DNA from: a virus
Taxonomy: Duplodnaviria > Caudoviricetes
Virus record (IMG/VR): IMGVR_UViG_3300035072_000033
Location: 1-55,837 of that record
Length of the DNA: 55,837 nt
Strand: one strand, 5' to 3'
In this document: one piece after another, positions 26,905-36,195 of the stretch
How positions within the stretch are numbered: the first letter of the stretch is position 1
How the letters are laid out: every line of letters begins with the position of its first letter
Program-made: the position numbers and the translations under genes
The notes under the pieces: generated by a model
Told to the model about the DNA's origin: nothing
The model's database searches: none
What the model saw: the letters and a program-made list of their open reading frames with translations, nothing else

Positions 26905-27135
26905 CTACGGCTGAATCGACGGCCATTGCAGTGAAGGCGGACGCGCCTTTTTCGGCGCGGCCTCCAAAGCCTTTGTGTCTTCGTCCGCCGGGTCGGGCTC
27001 CGCCGCGAGGCTTGGCTCCGCCAGCGGCGCGGCGAGGCCGGCGGCGATCATCCTGGCCGCATGGGCGTCGGAAAATCCGGCGACCTCGTTGATGGCGTAA
27101 GGCGGGTGATGCCTTACGAATTTAACCAGCATCAT
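26905..27135 (-). CDS. Small bL9-N-like protein, paralog of 25571-25792
   Basis: MMLVKFVRHHPPYAINEVAGFSDAHAARMIAAG; follows head genes. Confidence 0.75.
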   Translation of the reverse strand: MMLVKFVRHHPPYAINEVAGFSDAHAARMIAAGLAAPLAEPSLAAEPDPADEDTKALEAAPKKARPPSLQWPSIQP

Positions 27136-27161
27136 CGCCGCCCCTTCCACGCGCCAGCAGA

Positions 27162-27584
27162 TTAGATCGCCGGATGTTCGGTGGCTCCGCCGAGCACGAT
27201 CGTCGCGGTGAGCGGAATCGCCGGGCCGCTGCCGCCGACAAATGTCGGAGTGACCTGCGCGCGGATATAGCCGCGCGTTCCGCGAAGGTTGAACTTCACG
27301 CTGGCCTGTCCATTGTTCGCGGTGATCGGGGTGATCGACGTGCCGGAAACGGGAGCCCAGGAGGTCGTGCCGTCGGGACTGTCCTCGATGTCGGCGGCCA
27401 CCGAAAAGCTCGTCGGCGTGCCGGTCGCGGCGCCGACGCCAACGACGAGAACGCCGCTCTGGTAGTCATAGCCGGGGCCGACCAGCTGAATGGCGGCCCC
27501 GTCGACTTCGACCGCCGCGGCGGCGGCGAGGACATTCACCAGCGCTTTGATATAGCCGCCGATGTCGGTGATGGAGGGAAGCAT
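27162..27584 (-). CDS. Putative capsid decoration/cement protein
   Basis: Follows MCP; IEDSPDG..W..V...RGYIRA beta-sandwich pattern. Confidence 0.65.
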   Translation of the reverse strand: MLPSITDIGGYIKALVNVLAAAAAVEVDGAAIQLVGPGYDYQSGVLVVGVGAATGTPTSFSVAADIEDSPDGTTSWAPVSGTSITPITANNGQASVKFNLRGTRGYIRAQVTPTFVGGSGPAIPLTATIVLGGATEHPAI

Positions 27585-27644
27585 GGCAGGAGCTTTCGAA
27601 GGAGGAAGAATAACGCGCCGCGCGGCGCGTTGGCGGCTTGCCGA

Positions 27645-29123
27645 TTACTGCCAGACGACGCCGGTGAGCACGCCGATCGCCGAGGTGTGCTTGACGTTGC
27701 AGTCATGCTCGGCGATCACCCGGATCACCGTCTCGTCCTGGTCGAAGGCGCTGTGCAGATTGGTTCCGTCCGAATAGGTCGCCTCCTGCGAGGCGTCGAT
27801 CATCAGGCCGGGCACGTCGGCGATGATGAATTCGTCCATGTCGACGAGATAGACCTCCGACGCATTGGCGCCGCCGCCGAGATTTTGCGGGATGCTCTGC
27901 GTCCACGAATAGGGGATGCCGCGGAAGAAGCCGCGATCCATCTCCGCCCGGAACAGGAAGCCGCCGACGGCGTCGCGCGCGTCGTAAAAGAAGTTCTTGG
28001 TGCGCTGCGAGAAGAACCAATGCGGCGCGGTCATCGGCACGGCGGCCGATTCCAGCGCGTTGATCAGCGACGTCATGTCGGCGATCGCCGTGGCGACGTT
28101 GAAGGCCTGATTGGAGCCGATGATATTGGCCGCCGCCGCGAGATAGCGCATCCCCTTCGGCGTCCACACCGTGCCGGCGCCGCGCAGGAAAGACGCGTCC
28201 TCGAGCACCGCCAGCTGGCGAATGAGATCGTCGCGGACCATCGCGTCGGCCGAGCCTTGCGCGAAGCGGATCAGGTCGTTGGAGACCGGCACGATCGCCT
28301 TGGCCTTGCGCGCGGTGAAGTTGATGTCGCCGATCACTTCCTGCGTATAGGCCGACGACTGGCCCTCGCCGACGTAGCCGATCGTCGCGCCGGCGTTGAT
28401 GCGGCCCATCGTCAGATTGCCGCGCGGGATCGAAATCTGCCGCGAATTCGGGGTCGCCTTGCGCACCACGGTGCGCGGGCGCAGCAGGTCGATCAGCTCG
28501 GCGGAAAGCTCGATCGGAATCATGTAGCCGCCGGCGCTGCCAATGCTGGCCTGCAGCGCGCGCACGACGATGTCGCCCATGCTATGACGGGTGGCTGCCT
28601 CGATTGGCGACACGCCGAATTTCTTGCCGACCGCGACGGCGGCGATCATCCGCATCGCCAGTTCGCCCTGTTCAGGCTCCTTGCGCTTTAGGCCGGGGAG
28701 GTAGGTCGGGTTGTTGAGCCCGCGGTTGACGCCGTCGGTCGGGGCTGAACGGTCGATCTTGGCGGCCTCCTCGATCGCCGCGACGCGGAAGGCGTCGAGC
28801 GTCGTGTTGGCGCGAATATGCTGCGTCGCGAACTCCGCCGGCAGGCCGAGTTTGGCGGACGTGTCGGCTATGGCGTCGCGGCGCCCCTGCTCAGCGGCAA
28901 GCGACTGCGCAACGCGGCCTTCGATATCGACCCGCTCGGCCTCCTCGAGCGCGGAGCGAGCCTCGGCAATGTCGGCGACTAGCTCGTTATGCGCCCTTTC
29001 GATTCCACGAACATCGGCGTCCGACAAGCCGTCCTTCAGCTCAAGGAGCTTTGCAGCCGACCGCCCTTCCAATTCGGCGATGATGCTACGCAGCTCCGCC
29101 GCTTTCTTTCCCTTGAACTTCAT
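27645..29123 (-). CDS. Major capsid protein (HK97 fold) with N-terminal scaffold region
   Basis: AGGYMIP.E....LIDLLR, YVGEG, D..FL.G.G...P.G, AF.QD..IR...EHD; GGAG RBS before ATG 29123. Confidence 0.93.
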   Translation of the reverse strand: MKFKGKKAAELRSIIAELEGRSAAKLLELKDGLSDADVRGIERAHNELVADIAEARSALEEAERVDIEGRVAQSLAAEQGRRDAIADTSAKLGLPAEFATQHIRANTTLDAFRVAAIEEAAKIDRSAPTDGVNRGLNNPTYLPGLKRKEPEQGELAMRMIAAVAVGKKFGVSPIEAATRHSMGDIVVRALQASIGSAGGYMIPIELSAELIDLLRPRTVVRKATPNSRQISIPRGNLTMGRINAGATIGYVGEGQSSAYTQEVIGDINFTARKAKAIVPVSNDLIRFAQGSADAMVRDDLIRQLAVLEDASFLRGAGTVWTPKGMRYLAAAANIIGSNQAFNVATAIADMTSLINALESAAVPMTAPHWFFSQRTKNFFYDARDAVGGFLFRAEMDRGFFRGIPYSWTQSIPQNLGGGANASEVYLVDMDEFIIADVPGLMIDASQEATYSDGTNLHSAFDQDETVIRVIAEHDCNVKHTSAIGVLTGVVWQ

Positions 29124-29208
29124 AATGTGCTCCAAAGTGCCGGACAAGAATTTTCGCTTATCTGCGGCCGGCGACGCAGCGGCGGGGCATTTGGGTTGGC
29201 TTTACTCG

Positions 29209-30195
29209 TTACCCAGCGGCGCTACGACGCATCATGCGCATGCGCGTGCGGGCGACATCGACCTTCGAGGCGGTAGAGTTTTCGGACGGAGCGCCGGACA
29301 TGGCGCGGGCCGGCCGCAGGGCGCGGAAGCCGGCGCGCGGATCGGCTGGGATGGCGACGGCGCTAACTTCATGCGGCTCCCAGTCGGTCGCATTGCGCGT
29401 GGGCGGCGAGGTCGTGTCGTCGACCTCGAATTTGTGGGTCAAATAGCCGACGGAAACGTGCCGCAACACGCCGTCCTTCATGTCCTGGAAAGCGCGTTCG
29501 CCTTCGTCGGAGCGCGAGAATTTGATGCGCGCGCGCAACTCGCCCTTTTCGACCCGCGCCGAACCGGGAACCACAGCGCCAAGCATGGCGCCGGTGCCCC
29601 CCCAATAATTATGCGAGTCGATAAACGCCGCACCGCGATTGAGCCGCTCCAGCCGGATCGCCTTGGGGTCCATCGACAGTTTTTCGATATAGTCGCCGTC
29701 GCGCCAGTCGCTGCGCTTGACCGGCGCGCCGGTGGAGATTGCCGCGTCGACCGTGCGCTCATCTTCATCGACCGTGCTGGGCACCATGTCGGTAGCGCGC
29801 GTCAGAATGCCGATGTTTGACGCGCCGCGCCCCTCGTCTTCCTCTTCCCCGTCGCCGGCCTTTTTATTCAGCGCGTCGATCAGCTTGCCGGCGGCTTTGA
29901 AGATCGCGTCAGATCCCTGCTGGCTGGCGCGCGAGCGGCTGGCGCGCAAGGCGGAGGCATAAACCTTGCCGTCCTTGATGAGCGGATATTTCCAGCGCGC
30001 CTTGGTGGCCTCGTCGGCCTCGTCGTCCTCGCCGAGATGGACGGCGGCATAAGCCTTCCAATCGTCGCCGTTTTCTCCGAGCAGCGCGTCGCCGTCCTCG
30101 GCCGAGAATGACCAGGCGGCGTCCTTATCGTATTTTCCGGCGGCGATCAGCGCGGCGGCGTGACGCTCGCCCGCTTTGTTGAGCTTGACTGTCAT
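29209..30195 (-). CDS. Prohead maturation protease with extra N-terminal domain
   Basis: DSH, VSVGY, WEP.EVS.V.IPAD motifs of HK97-type protease. Confidence 0.88.
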   Translation of the reverse strand: MTVKLNKAGERHAAALIAAGKYDKDAAWSFSAEDGDALLGENGDDWKAYAAVHLGEDDEADEATKARWKYPLIKDGKVYASALRASRSRASQQGSDAIFKAAGKLIDALNKKAGDGEEEDEGRGASNIGILTRATDMVPSTVDEDERTVDAAISTGAPVKRSDWRDGDYIEKLSMDPKAIRLERLNRGAAFIDSHNYWGGTGAMLGAVVPGSARVEKGELRARIKFSRSDEGERAFQDMKDGVLRHVSVGYLTHKFEVDDTTSPPTRNATDWEPHEVSAVAIPADPRAGFRALRPARAMSGAPSENSTASKVDVARTRMRMMRRSAAG

Positions 30196-30213
30196 GCGGT
30201 GAGCATCCCTTGG

Positions 30214-31722
30214 CTATTGATCGGCGGTGGTTCCCGGCGGCGGCGCGACATTGGCCGTCCCGGTCTTGCCGGTCTGCGCCGGATTGGCGTCGGAGACGAC
30301 GCCCTGCGCGGCAAGCCGCCTGTTCCATTCGGCTGTTTCAGCCAGCACGGATTCCGGGTCGTAGCCGCGCCGGCGAATAGCCTCTTGCGGCGCCATCAGC
30401 ACCGAACGCACCGCGGCAACGTCGCCGTCGACTTCCTTCAGCGGATCGACGGCCTCGAACTTCGGCGTCGTCCATTCGACGTCGTAAGGCGTTTCCGCCG
30501 GCAGTCGGCCGGCCGCTATATTGTGGTCGATAAAGGCGCGCCACAGCGGCGACAGCATCATCGGGGCCACCGTGGAAAATTGCAGCACCTCGATCGAGCG
30601 GCGGAATTCGTTGATGCCGGCCTTGATCGACGAAAAATTGACGCGGCTGAGATCGCCGGTCAGCAGCTCGTAGGTCATGTCCCAGGCGGCGGCCAGCGAC
30701 TGCAATTGCGTGCGCTTGTATTCGGCGTAGGAGCCCGTCGGCGCCGGCGAGGTGAATTTGATGTCCTTGGCGCCGCGCGCGATGGCGATGAGGCCGGGTT
30801 CGAACTGCTCGACCTTTTCGCCGTTGGCGTCGACGACCTTGGGCGCGATGCCTTCCTGCGTCTCGTCCTCGGCGCCCATGACGATCGCCGCGACGCAGGA
30901 CTCGATACGCTTGCGGACGAGCTCGGCTTCCTCATAGGTGTCGAGTTCGCGCGCCTTGAGCAGGCCCGGCGCGAACCACGGGACGCCGCGGATTTGGCCG
31001 ATGCGCTGAATCTCGTAGAGATGCAGCACGTTCTTGGCGTCGACGAAATCCGAGACGAAGGATTCGGGGATCACATAAGGAAATTCGCCGGGATGGTTGC
31101 GGAACAGCCAATAGCCGAGCCGTTTGCCTTCATTGTCGAAGGATATTCCCTGATGCACGAAGCCGCCGTTGGTCACCTCGTTCTTGCGGTGATCGATGTA
31201 GTCGCCCTCGAGCAACTGGATCTCGAACGGCATGTTTTTTCCGGCGCGCCGGCGGATGCGAATGACGGTCTCGCCGCCCTCCAGCATCGAGCGGACGGCG
31301 AGGCGCTGCAGGCCGTAGAAATCGAGCTGGCCGGCGAAGTCGCAGCCCTCGATGAACTCTTTCCACAGCGCGTCGATTTTCTTGTTCAGCTTTTTGTTCG
31401 GCGTGCGCGCGACGCCGCTGATCCCCGTGCCGATCGCGTTATTGACCAGAACCCGCAGCGCCTTCGACACATGCGGATTGTTGCGCACCAGATCGCGCGT
31501 GCGGTTGCGCAGCGTGATCAGCGCGTAATAGACCTCGGCGTTGGCCGAGGTGCTGGGGCTCAGCCATCCCCAGGTCGCCCGCGTCACCCTGCCGGCGTCA
31601 TAACCGCGCTTGACGAGCTCCTTGGTGACCTCGCGCGTCACCGCGCTTTGCAGCCGCGACATGTCGCGCCGCGCCGCCGCTCGCGCGGAGAACAGCGCCG
31701 CGACATTATCGAACAGCCCCAT
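30214..31722 (-). CDS. Portal protein, lambda family
   Basis: LRNR.RDLVRNNP, GQ.RGVPW, TGDLS.VNFSS, DPLKE. Confidence 0.95.
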   Translation of the reverse strand: MGLFDNVAALFSARAAARRDMSRLQSAVTREVTKELVKRGYDAGRVTRATWGWLSPSTSANAEVYYALITLRNRTRDLVRNNPHVSKALRVLVNNAIGTGISGVARTPNKKLNKKIDALWKEFIEGCDFAGQLDFYGLQRLAVRSMLEGGETVIRIRRRAGKNMPFEIQLLEGDYIDHRKNEVTNGGFVHQGISFDNEGKRLGYWLFRNHPGEFPYVIPESFVSDFVDAKNVLHLYEIQRIGQIRGVPWFAPGLLKARELDTYEEAELVRKRIESCVAAIVMGAEDETQEGIAPKVVDANGEKVEQFEPGLIAIARGAKDIKFTSPAPTGSYAEYKRTQLQSLAAAWDMTYELLTGDLSRVNFSSIKAGINEFRRSIEVLQFSTVAPMMLSPLWRAFIDHNIAAGRLPAETPYDVEWTTPKFEAVDPLKEVDGDVAAVRSVLMAPQEAIRRRGYDPESVLAETAEWNRRLAAQGVVSDANPAQTGKTGTANVAPPPGTTADQ

Positions 31723-31730
31723 CGGCCCGC

Positions 31731-31943
31731 CTATTGCTTGAAATAAACGCTGCGGTTGGCCAACGGGCGCTGAACGGCGTCGCTCTGATTTTGAATGTCG
31801 TTCATCATGCGGTCGCGCAGCGCCAGCATGTCCTTGAGCGAGGCGTATTTGACCTTGCGGCCGCCGGGATATTCGACCTCGACGACGCCCAGCGCGATGG
31901 CGGCGGTGAGCGCGTCGACCTGAGCCTGGGTGAAACCCGACAT
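31731..31943 (-). CDS. Head-tail joining protein (gpW-like)
   Basis: FTQAQVDAL..AIA.G...V.Y..R.V.Y.SL. Confidence 0.85.
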   Translation of the reverse strand: MSGFTQAQVDALTAAIALGVVEVEYPGGRKVKYASLKDMLALRDRMMNDIQNQSDAVQRPLANRSVYFKQ

Positions 31944-31946
31944 CGT

Positions 31947-32675
31947 TTAGCCCTGATACGCGACGGAATAGATCGTGCCCGTGCCCGCGCCCGCCGAGGT
32001 CGTCACCAGCATCACCAATTCCAGCGCCACGTGCTGCCCCGGCGTCAAATTCGTGCCGGTGATCGTGAACACCAGATTTCCCGCCGTCGCTGGAATCTGC
32101 TGCGCCGCCGAAACGGTGAGCGCGGCTTCGGCGCCGTTGGTCTCGGTGTAGGCCGCGACGGTCAGCGTCGTGCTGGCGGCGGTGATCGTGCCGCCAGTCG
32201 CCGCGCAATTGACCGTGACGGAGATATTGGCCCCGGCCACGTAGGTGTCCGGCAGATTGAATTCAAACAGAGCCTTGTCGGTCTTGGCGCTCGACGACGT
32301 CGCCTCGCCGACCAGCGCCATGCTGGTTCCCGCGGTGCGCGAAACGCCGACGGTTCCCGACGGCGTGCCGGCGGCGGCGGTCATGGGAACGCCGAGATCG
32401 GACTTGGCGTCAGTCAATTTGAGATAGCGCGCCAGGCCGCCGGAGCCGACCGGCACGAAGGACTGCGCGAGCCCCACAGGATCGCCGGACCCGGCCTTCT
32501 TGAGCGCGGAGACATAGAGCGTGCCGCCGCTGACGGCATAGCTCTGCATCAATAGTTCGGTGTTTCCGGTCGTGAAGGGAGGATTGGGCTGGTCGAAAAC
32601 CGCCGATTGCGCGAACGCCACGGCCGGCAAGAGCAGCACGGCCATCGCGACAAAAAATCTCTTCATCATCACCAT
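31947..32675 (-). CDS. Hypothetical protein with signal peptide, between terL and gpW
   Basis: MKRFFVAMAVLLLPAVAFAQ leader; Thr/Ala-rich beta-type body. Confidence 0.75.
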   Translation of the reverse strand: MVMMKRFFVAMAVLLLPAVAFAQSAVFDQPNPPFTTGNTELLMQSYAVSGGTLYVSALKKAGSGDPVGLAQSFVPVGSGGLARYLKLTDAKSDLGVPMTAAAGTPSGTVGVSRTAGTSMALVGEATSSSAKTDKALFEFNLPDTYVAGANISVTVNCAATGGTITAASTTLTVAAYTETNGAEAALTVSAAQQIPATAGNLVFTITGTNLTPGQHVALELVMLVTTSAGAGTGTIYSVAYQG

Positions 32676-32698
32676 TTCTCCCTCATAAGCCGGCGCTG

Positions 32699-34687
32699 TC
32701 AAAGCCATCCCTTGCGACGGCCGCCGAGAAATCCACCCTTGGAATCCGGCGCGGGCGCTGGGGCCGGCGCCGCCGGAAAGCGCTCCGCCGTGACGGGAAG
32801 CTCCGGAGCGAAAAGATCGGGCGCCGCGTTGGCGCCGTGGCGATCGCTAAGGATCTGCGACCATTTGTTGCGCTCGATGCGGTCGACCCCCATCCCGTTG
32901 GGATAGGGCCCAAAGGCCAGCGCGCGCGCGTAAACCGCGAGATCGAGCGCCTCGTTGCGGGCGCGGATTTTCTTCCATTCCTGAACGACCCGGCCGTCGC
33001 GGCGCTCGCGCCCGACCAGCACCTCGGCGGTCATCTGCTCGAGATAGGCGATGTCGGCGATCTGATCGGTCAGATGCAGGCGTCCGGGGATCGCCTTATC
33101 CTGCTCGATCGCGCCGAGCGCATGCGACAGCCAGAGCTTCAGTTCATGGCCGCCGACGAAATACAGCGGCACGCGAAACAGCTTGTAGTCGCACCTGTCC
33201 TTGACGGTGATCCATTTCGGCGAGGACAGGATCACCGAGTCGCGCTGGCTGGAGCCCTTCAGCGCCCGCCATTTCTTCTTGCGCCAGACGAAGCGATAAA
33301 CCGCCTGGGTGTGATGGCCGCCGGTGTCGATGCCATAGGCGTCGGCCGGGAAGGCCATGCCGCCCTGATGCGGCCACTGGCGCGCGGCGAGCGCGTCGAG
33401 CTCGTCCCACGGCGCCTGCGTCGTCAGATCGCCCTCGATGATCCCGGCCGCGAGCAGCCATTGCTCCGGCGCGGAGGAGGTCGGCGGCGGCCCGAAGCCG
33501 TAGAGCGCCCATTCCAACCGGTCGTCCTGCGTATCGACCACCAGCGCGGTGCGCCCGACATTGGCGGGCACCTCGTTGCGCGGATAGGATTCTAGCTTGA
33601 CCGCGATCTTGCCGGGATCGATCTCGGAGCCGGTTTCCTCGTAGCTTTCGCCGAGCCAGAGGTTGACGAAGGCCTTTTCGGCGAGCGGGTCGCCCTCGGC
33701 CTTTAGCCATTCCGACCAGATTTTGTCCCAGCTGGTGATCAGCGAGGCCGCCGACCAGATCGAGAAACTGGGCTGGCGGCCAAAGCCCGGGCGCGTGGCG
33801 CGCCAGCGATAGGCCTGGACCATGGCGCGCTGTTGCCAGGAGTCGATCTGCGCGCCGCAGCATTGCGCCATGTAATGGGCGTTGTGGGGCGCGACCCGTT
33901 CGCCGCGCATTTGCTCGAAGCGAAAGTCGATGTAGTCGCCGCAATGCGGGCAGGGGAACTCCAGCACGCGCTGGTCGCCGGCCTCGTAGCCGCGATCGAT
34001 GCGCGAGCTGCCCTTGATCGTCGGCGTCGATATGACGAGCTTCTTTTGGCCGCCGGAGCGCGAGAAACTGATCTGGCGCGCGTCGAGCAGCGCCATCGGG
34101 TCGCCTTGGCCGTCGATGTCCTGCGGCCAGCGGTCCACCTCGTCGCAAAGCGCGTAGCGGACGGTCTTGCTGGACAGGTCGGCGGCGGAATTGGCGCCTG
34201 TGAGGATCAATCGGCCGCCGGCGAATCGCTTCGACAGCGTGGTCGAGCCCTCGGCCGACCGGGAATGTTGCGGGCGCACGCGGCGGCGCAGCGGCGCCGT
34301 GGATTTTATGACCGGATCGAGCTTGCCCTGGTTGAACTCGCGCGCCGCCATTATGGTCGGCTGCACGATCATCATGTCATCGGGCGCGGTGTCGATCAAG
34401 CAGCCGAGCCAGACGAGGCCCAGCGTCGACAGGCCGGTTTGCGCCGATTTCTTGACCGTGACCTCGGTCCAGGGCGAATCGGGACGCAGCGCGTCGAGAA
34501 TTTCGACGACATAGGGCGTCAGCGACAGGTCGAGCTTCTGGCCTTTTTGCGGGCCGTCCGGCACGACGAAATGGTCTCGCCCCCAATCGGCCGGGGAAAC
34601 CACCGGACGCGGACGCACGCCCCTGGCGAAGGCGGCGAGGAGGCCGGATACCTCCTCACGATGCTGGGCCGTCGCTGTCGCCGTCAC
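32699..34687 (-). CDS. terL: Terminase large subunit (lambda GpA family)
   Basis: KSAQTG.S Walker A, DEVDR Walker B, STPT, VDTQDDRLE, IDTGG, RNEALD. Confidence 0.96.
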   Translation of the reverse strand: MTATATAQHREEVSGLLAAFARGVRPRPVVSPADWGRDHFVVPDGPQKGQKLDLSLTPYVVEILDALRPDSPWTEVTVKKSAQTGLSTLGLVWLGCLIDTAPDDMMIVQPTIMAAREFNQGKLDPVIKSTAPLRRRVRPQHSRSAEGSTTLSKRFAGGRLILTGANSAADLSSKTVRYALCDEVDRWPQDIDGQGDPMALLDARQISFSRSGGQKKLVISTPTIKGSSRIDRGYEAGDQRVLEFPCPHCGDYIDFRFEQMRGERVAPHNAHYMAQCCGAQIDSWQQRAMVQAYRWRATRPGFGRQPSFSIWSAASLITSWDKIWSEWLKAEGDPLAEKAFVNLWLGESYEETGSEIDPGKIAVKLESYPRNEVPANVGRTALVVDTQDDRLEWALYGFGPPPTSSAPEQWLLAAGIIEGDLTTQAPWDELDALAARQWPHQGGMAFPADAYGIDTGGHHTQAVYRFVWRKKKWRALKGSSQRDSVILSSPKWITVKDRCDYKLFRVPLYFVGGHELKLWLSHALGAIEQDKAIPGRLHLTDQIADIAYLEQMTAEVLVGRERRDGRVVQEWKKIRARNEALDLAVYARALAFGPYPNGMGVDRIERNKWSQILSDRHGANAAPDLFAPELPVTAERFPAAPAPAPAPDSKGGFLGGRRKGWL

Positions 34688-35294
34688 TGGCCTCGTCGTC
34701 CATCGGGGCCGACATCAGATCGGCGATGTTCTCGCACAGGGCGTTGGCCTTGGCGCGCAGCCAGGCGGTGAGCGCGGGCAGGCCGCCGGACTGGAACACG
34801 CCAGCGCATTCCTCCGACCAGGTGGGCAGCGACTGGATCGCCCGGGCGATCTTGCCGCCGGCGGTCTCGAAGGCTTCCATTTGCGCGGCTCGCGACACCA
34901 GCTCGCCGCGTTCCCGCGAAAGGCGCAGGCGCAGGATTTCGGATTGCAGCCCCTCCTTGGCGGTCTTGACCGTGAGAAGGGTCTCGGCGTCGTCCTTCGA
35001 GGCGGGGGCCGGGGCTTTCGGGACGGCGGCGGCGATCTCCGGGTCGAGTTCGGCGCCGAGCGAGCGGGCCATGTCGGCCAGCGCGGAATCGTCGATGCGG
35101 GCGCGCGAGAAGCGGAAGGCCTCGCTGCCCTCGTCGAGCTTGATGAACTTGCGGCCCTTGTAGCCCGGCTCCACGCGCAGGCCGGTCTCGTCATAGACGG
35201 GAACGCGGCCGACCTTGATCGCCTTGGAGACCGCCTGCGGCGTGACATCGACCGCCGCCGCGAAATCCTTCTGGGAGACCATCCCCGCAACCAT
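34656..35294 (-). CDS. terS: Terminase small subunit
   Basis: N-terminal HTH (SQKDFA...VTPQAVSKAIK.GR), GELV coiled coil, upstream of terL. Confidence 0.8.
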   Translation of the reverse strand: MVAGMVSQKDFAAAVDVTPQAVSKAIKVGRVPVYDETGLRVEPGYKGRKFIKLDEGSEAFRFSRARIDDSALADMARSLGAELDPEIAAAVPKAPAPASKDDAETLLTVKTAKEGLQSEILRLRLSRERGELVSRAAQMEAFETAGGKIARAIQSLPTWSEECAGVFQSGGLPALTAWLRAKANALCENIADLMSAPMDDEASDGDSDGPAS

Positions 35295-35347
35295 CGCTCA
35301 ACCGTCCGTCAACCAAATCAACCGCATCAACCCTATTTCATTCAACC
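35288..35347 (-). repeat. Six (T)CAACC repeats between cos-like site and terS
   Basis: CAACC at 35288; TCAACC at 35298, 35309, 35318, 35327, 35342. Confidence 0.65.
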
Positions 35348-35351
35348 CCAA

Positions 35352-35408
35352 CTAGCGAAAAACCGGGCGGCTGCGCGCCGCGTGGGGTGGTTTTGCTGGG
35401 AAGGACCC
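35352..35408 (-). other. Lambda-like cos site (cosQ + cosN region)
   Basis: Minus strand GGGTCCT, 23 nt, GC-rich 12-mer, then TTTTCGCTA; same layout as lambda cosQ-cosN. Confidence 0.7.
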
Positions 35409-35448
35409 ATTGATTTACATCAATGGTTGGAGCGATGGCCCTCCGGCG

Positions 35449-35976
35449 CTAGCCCAACTGCCGCAGTAGCCATTTCTCGACGGCTGGGCCGAGCAGTTCG
35501 CCCGAGACGCGGTAGAAGGTGCGCTCGGCTTCGTCCTTGACCATCTCTTTGGGGATCGCCGGTCCGAACAGCTTGTGAATGGGCAGCCTCGACTTGCCCT
35601 TGCGGGCGAATATGTGACCGCCAGGCCCGATGAAGGTGTGCGGGAAGACCCGGCGCTTGCCCCAAGGCGCGGCGGACACCCCCTTCGCGGTCTGGCGCGG
35701 CGCGAATTCCTTGAGCGATAACGTCGCGCCGCGAGCGATGATCTCGTATTGGCCTGAGCCAGCGCCCATCGCCTGGCGCGACGAGACGACGCCCTTGACC
35801 GCACCATATTTGACGCCAGCCTGCGCCGCCACCGCGCGCATTGTCTGGGTCTTGGTCTTGTTGCCGACCTCATCGAGCGCCTTGCCCATCGCGTAGACAG
35901 ACCCGAGGCCCGCGCGCTCGTATAAAGCGCCGATATCCTTGTCGAACTTGACGTTTACCGCGACCGCATCGGCCAT
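35449..35976 (-). CDS. Lambda gpZ-like minor tail / neck protein
   Basis: ALDEVG.K.KT, GHIFAR.GKSRLPI.KLFGPAIP.EM. Confidence 0.75.
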   Translation of the reverse strand: MADAVAVNVKFDKDIGALYERAGLGSVYAMGKALDEVGNKTKTQTMRAVAAQAGVKYGAVKGVVSSRQAMGAGSGQYEIIARGATLSLKEFAPRQTAKGVSAAPWGKRRVFPHTFIGPGGHIFARKGKSRLPIHKLFGPAIPKEMVKDEAERTFYRVSGELLGPAVEKWLLRQLG

Positions 35977-36195
35977 GACGCTCGCACTTTCCGCAGTTTT
36001 CGCGCGAAATCTCGCGCGCCGGAGGCGACGGTGAAGCCGAGCGCCGGACCAAGGGCCCCGGCGTCGCCTTGCGCCAAGGCGCGGAACGCCGCGCCGAGCG
36101 CCTTCCGGCGTTGCGCGCATTGGCACATTCGAGGTCTCGATTGAAGGTCGAAAGCCGCCATTGCGGCTGCACTGGACCGGGATTTTCCCCGTCCT

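Noticed and set aside
25859-27092. ORFs inside the non-coding island (26331-27092 +, 26675-26926 -, 26102-26368 -, 25859-26056 -)
   Set aside because: No recognisable motifs, RBS or coupling, and Ser/Arg/Pro-rich composition; a short peptide cannot be fully excluded
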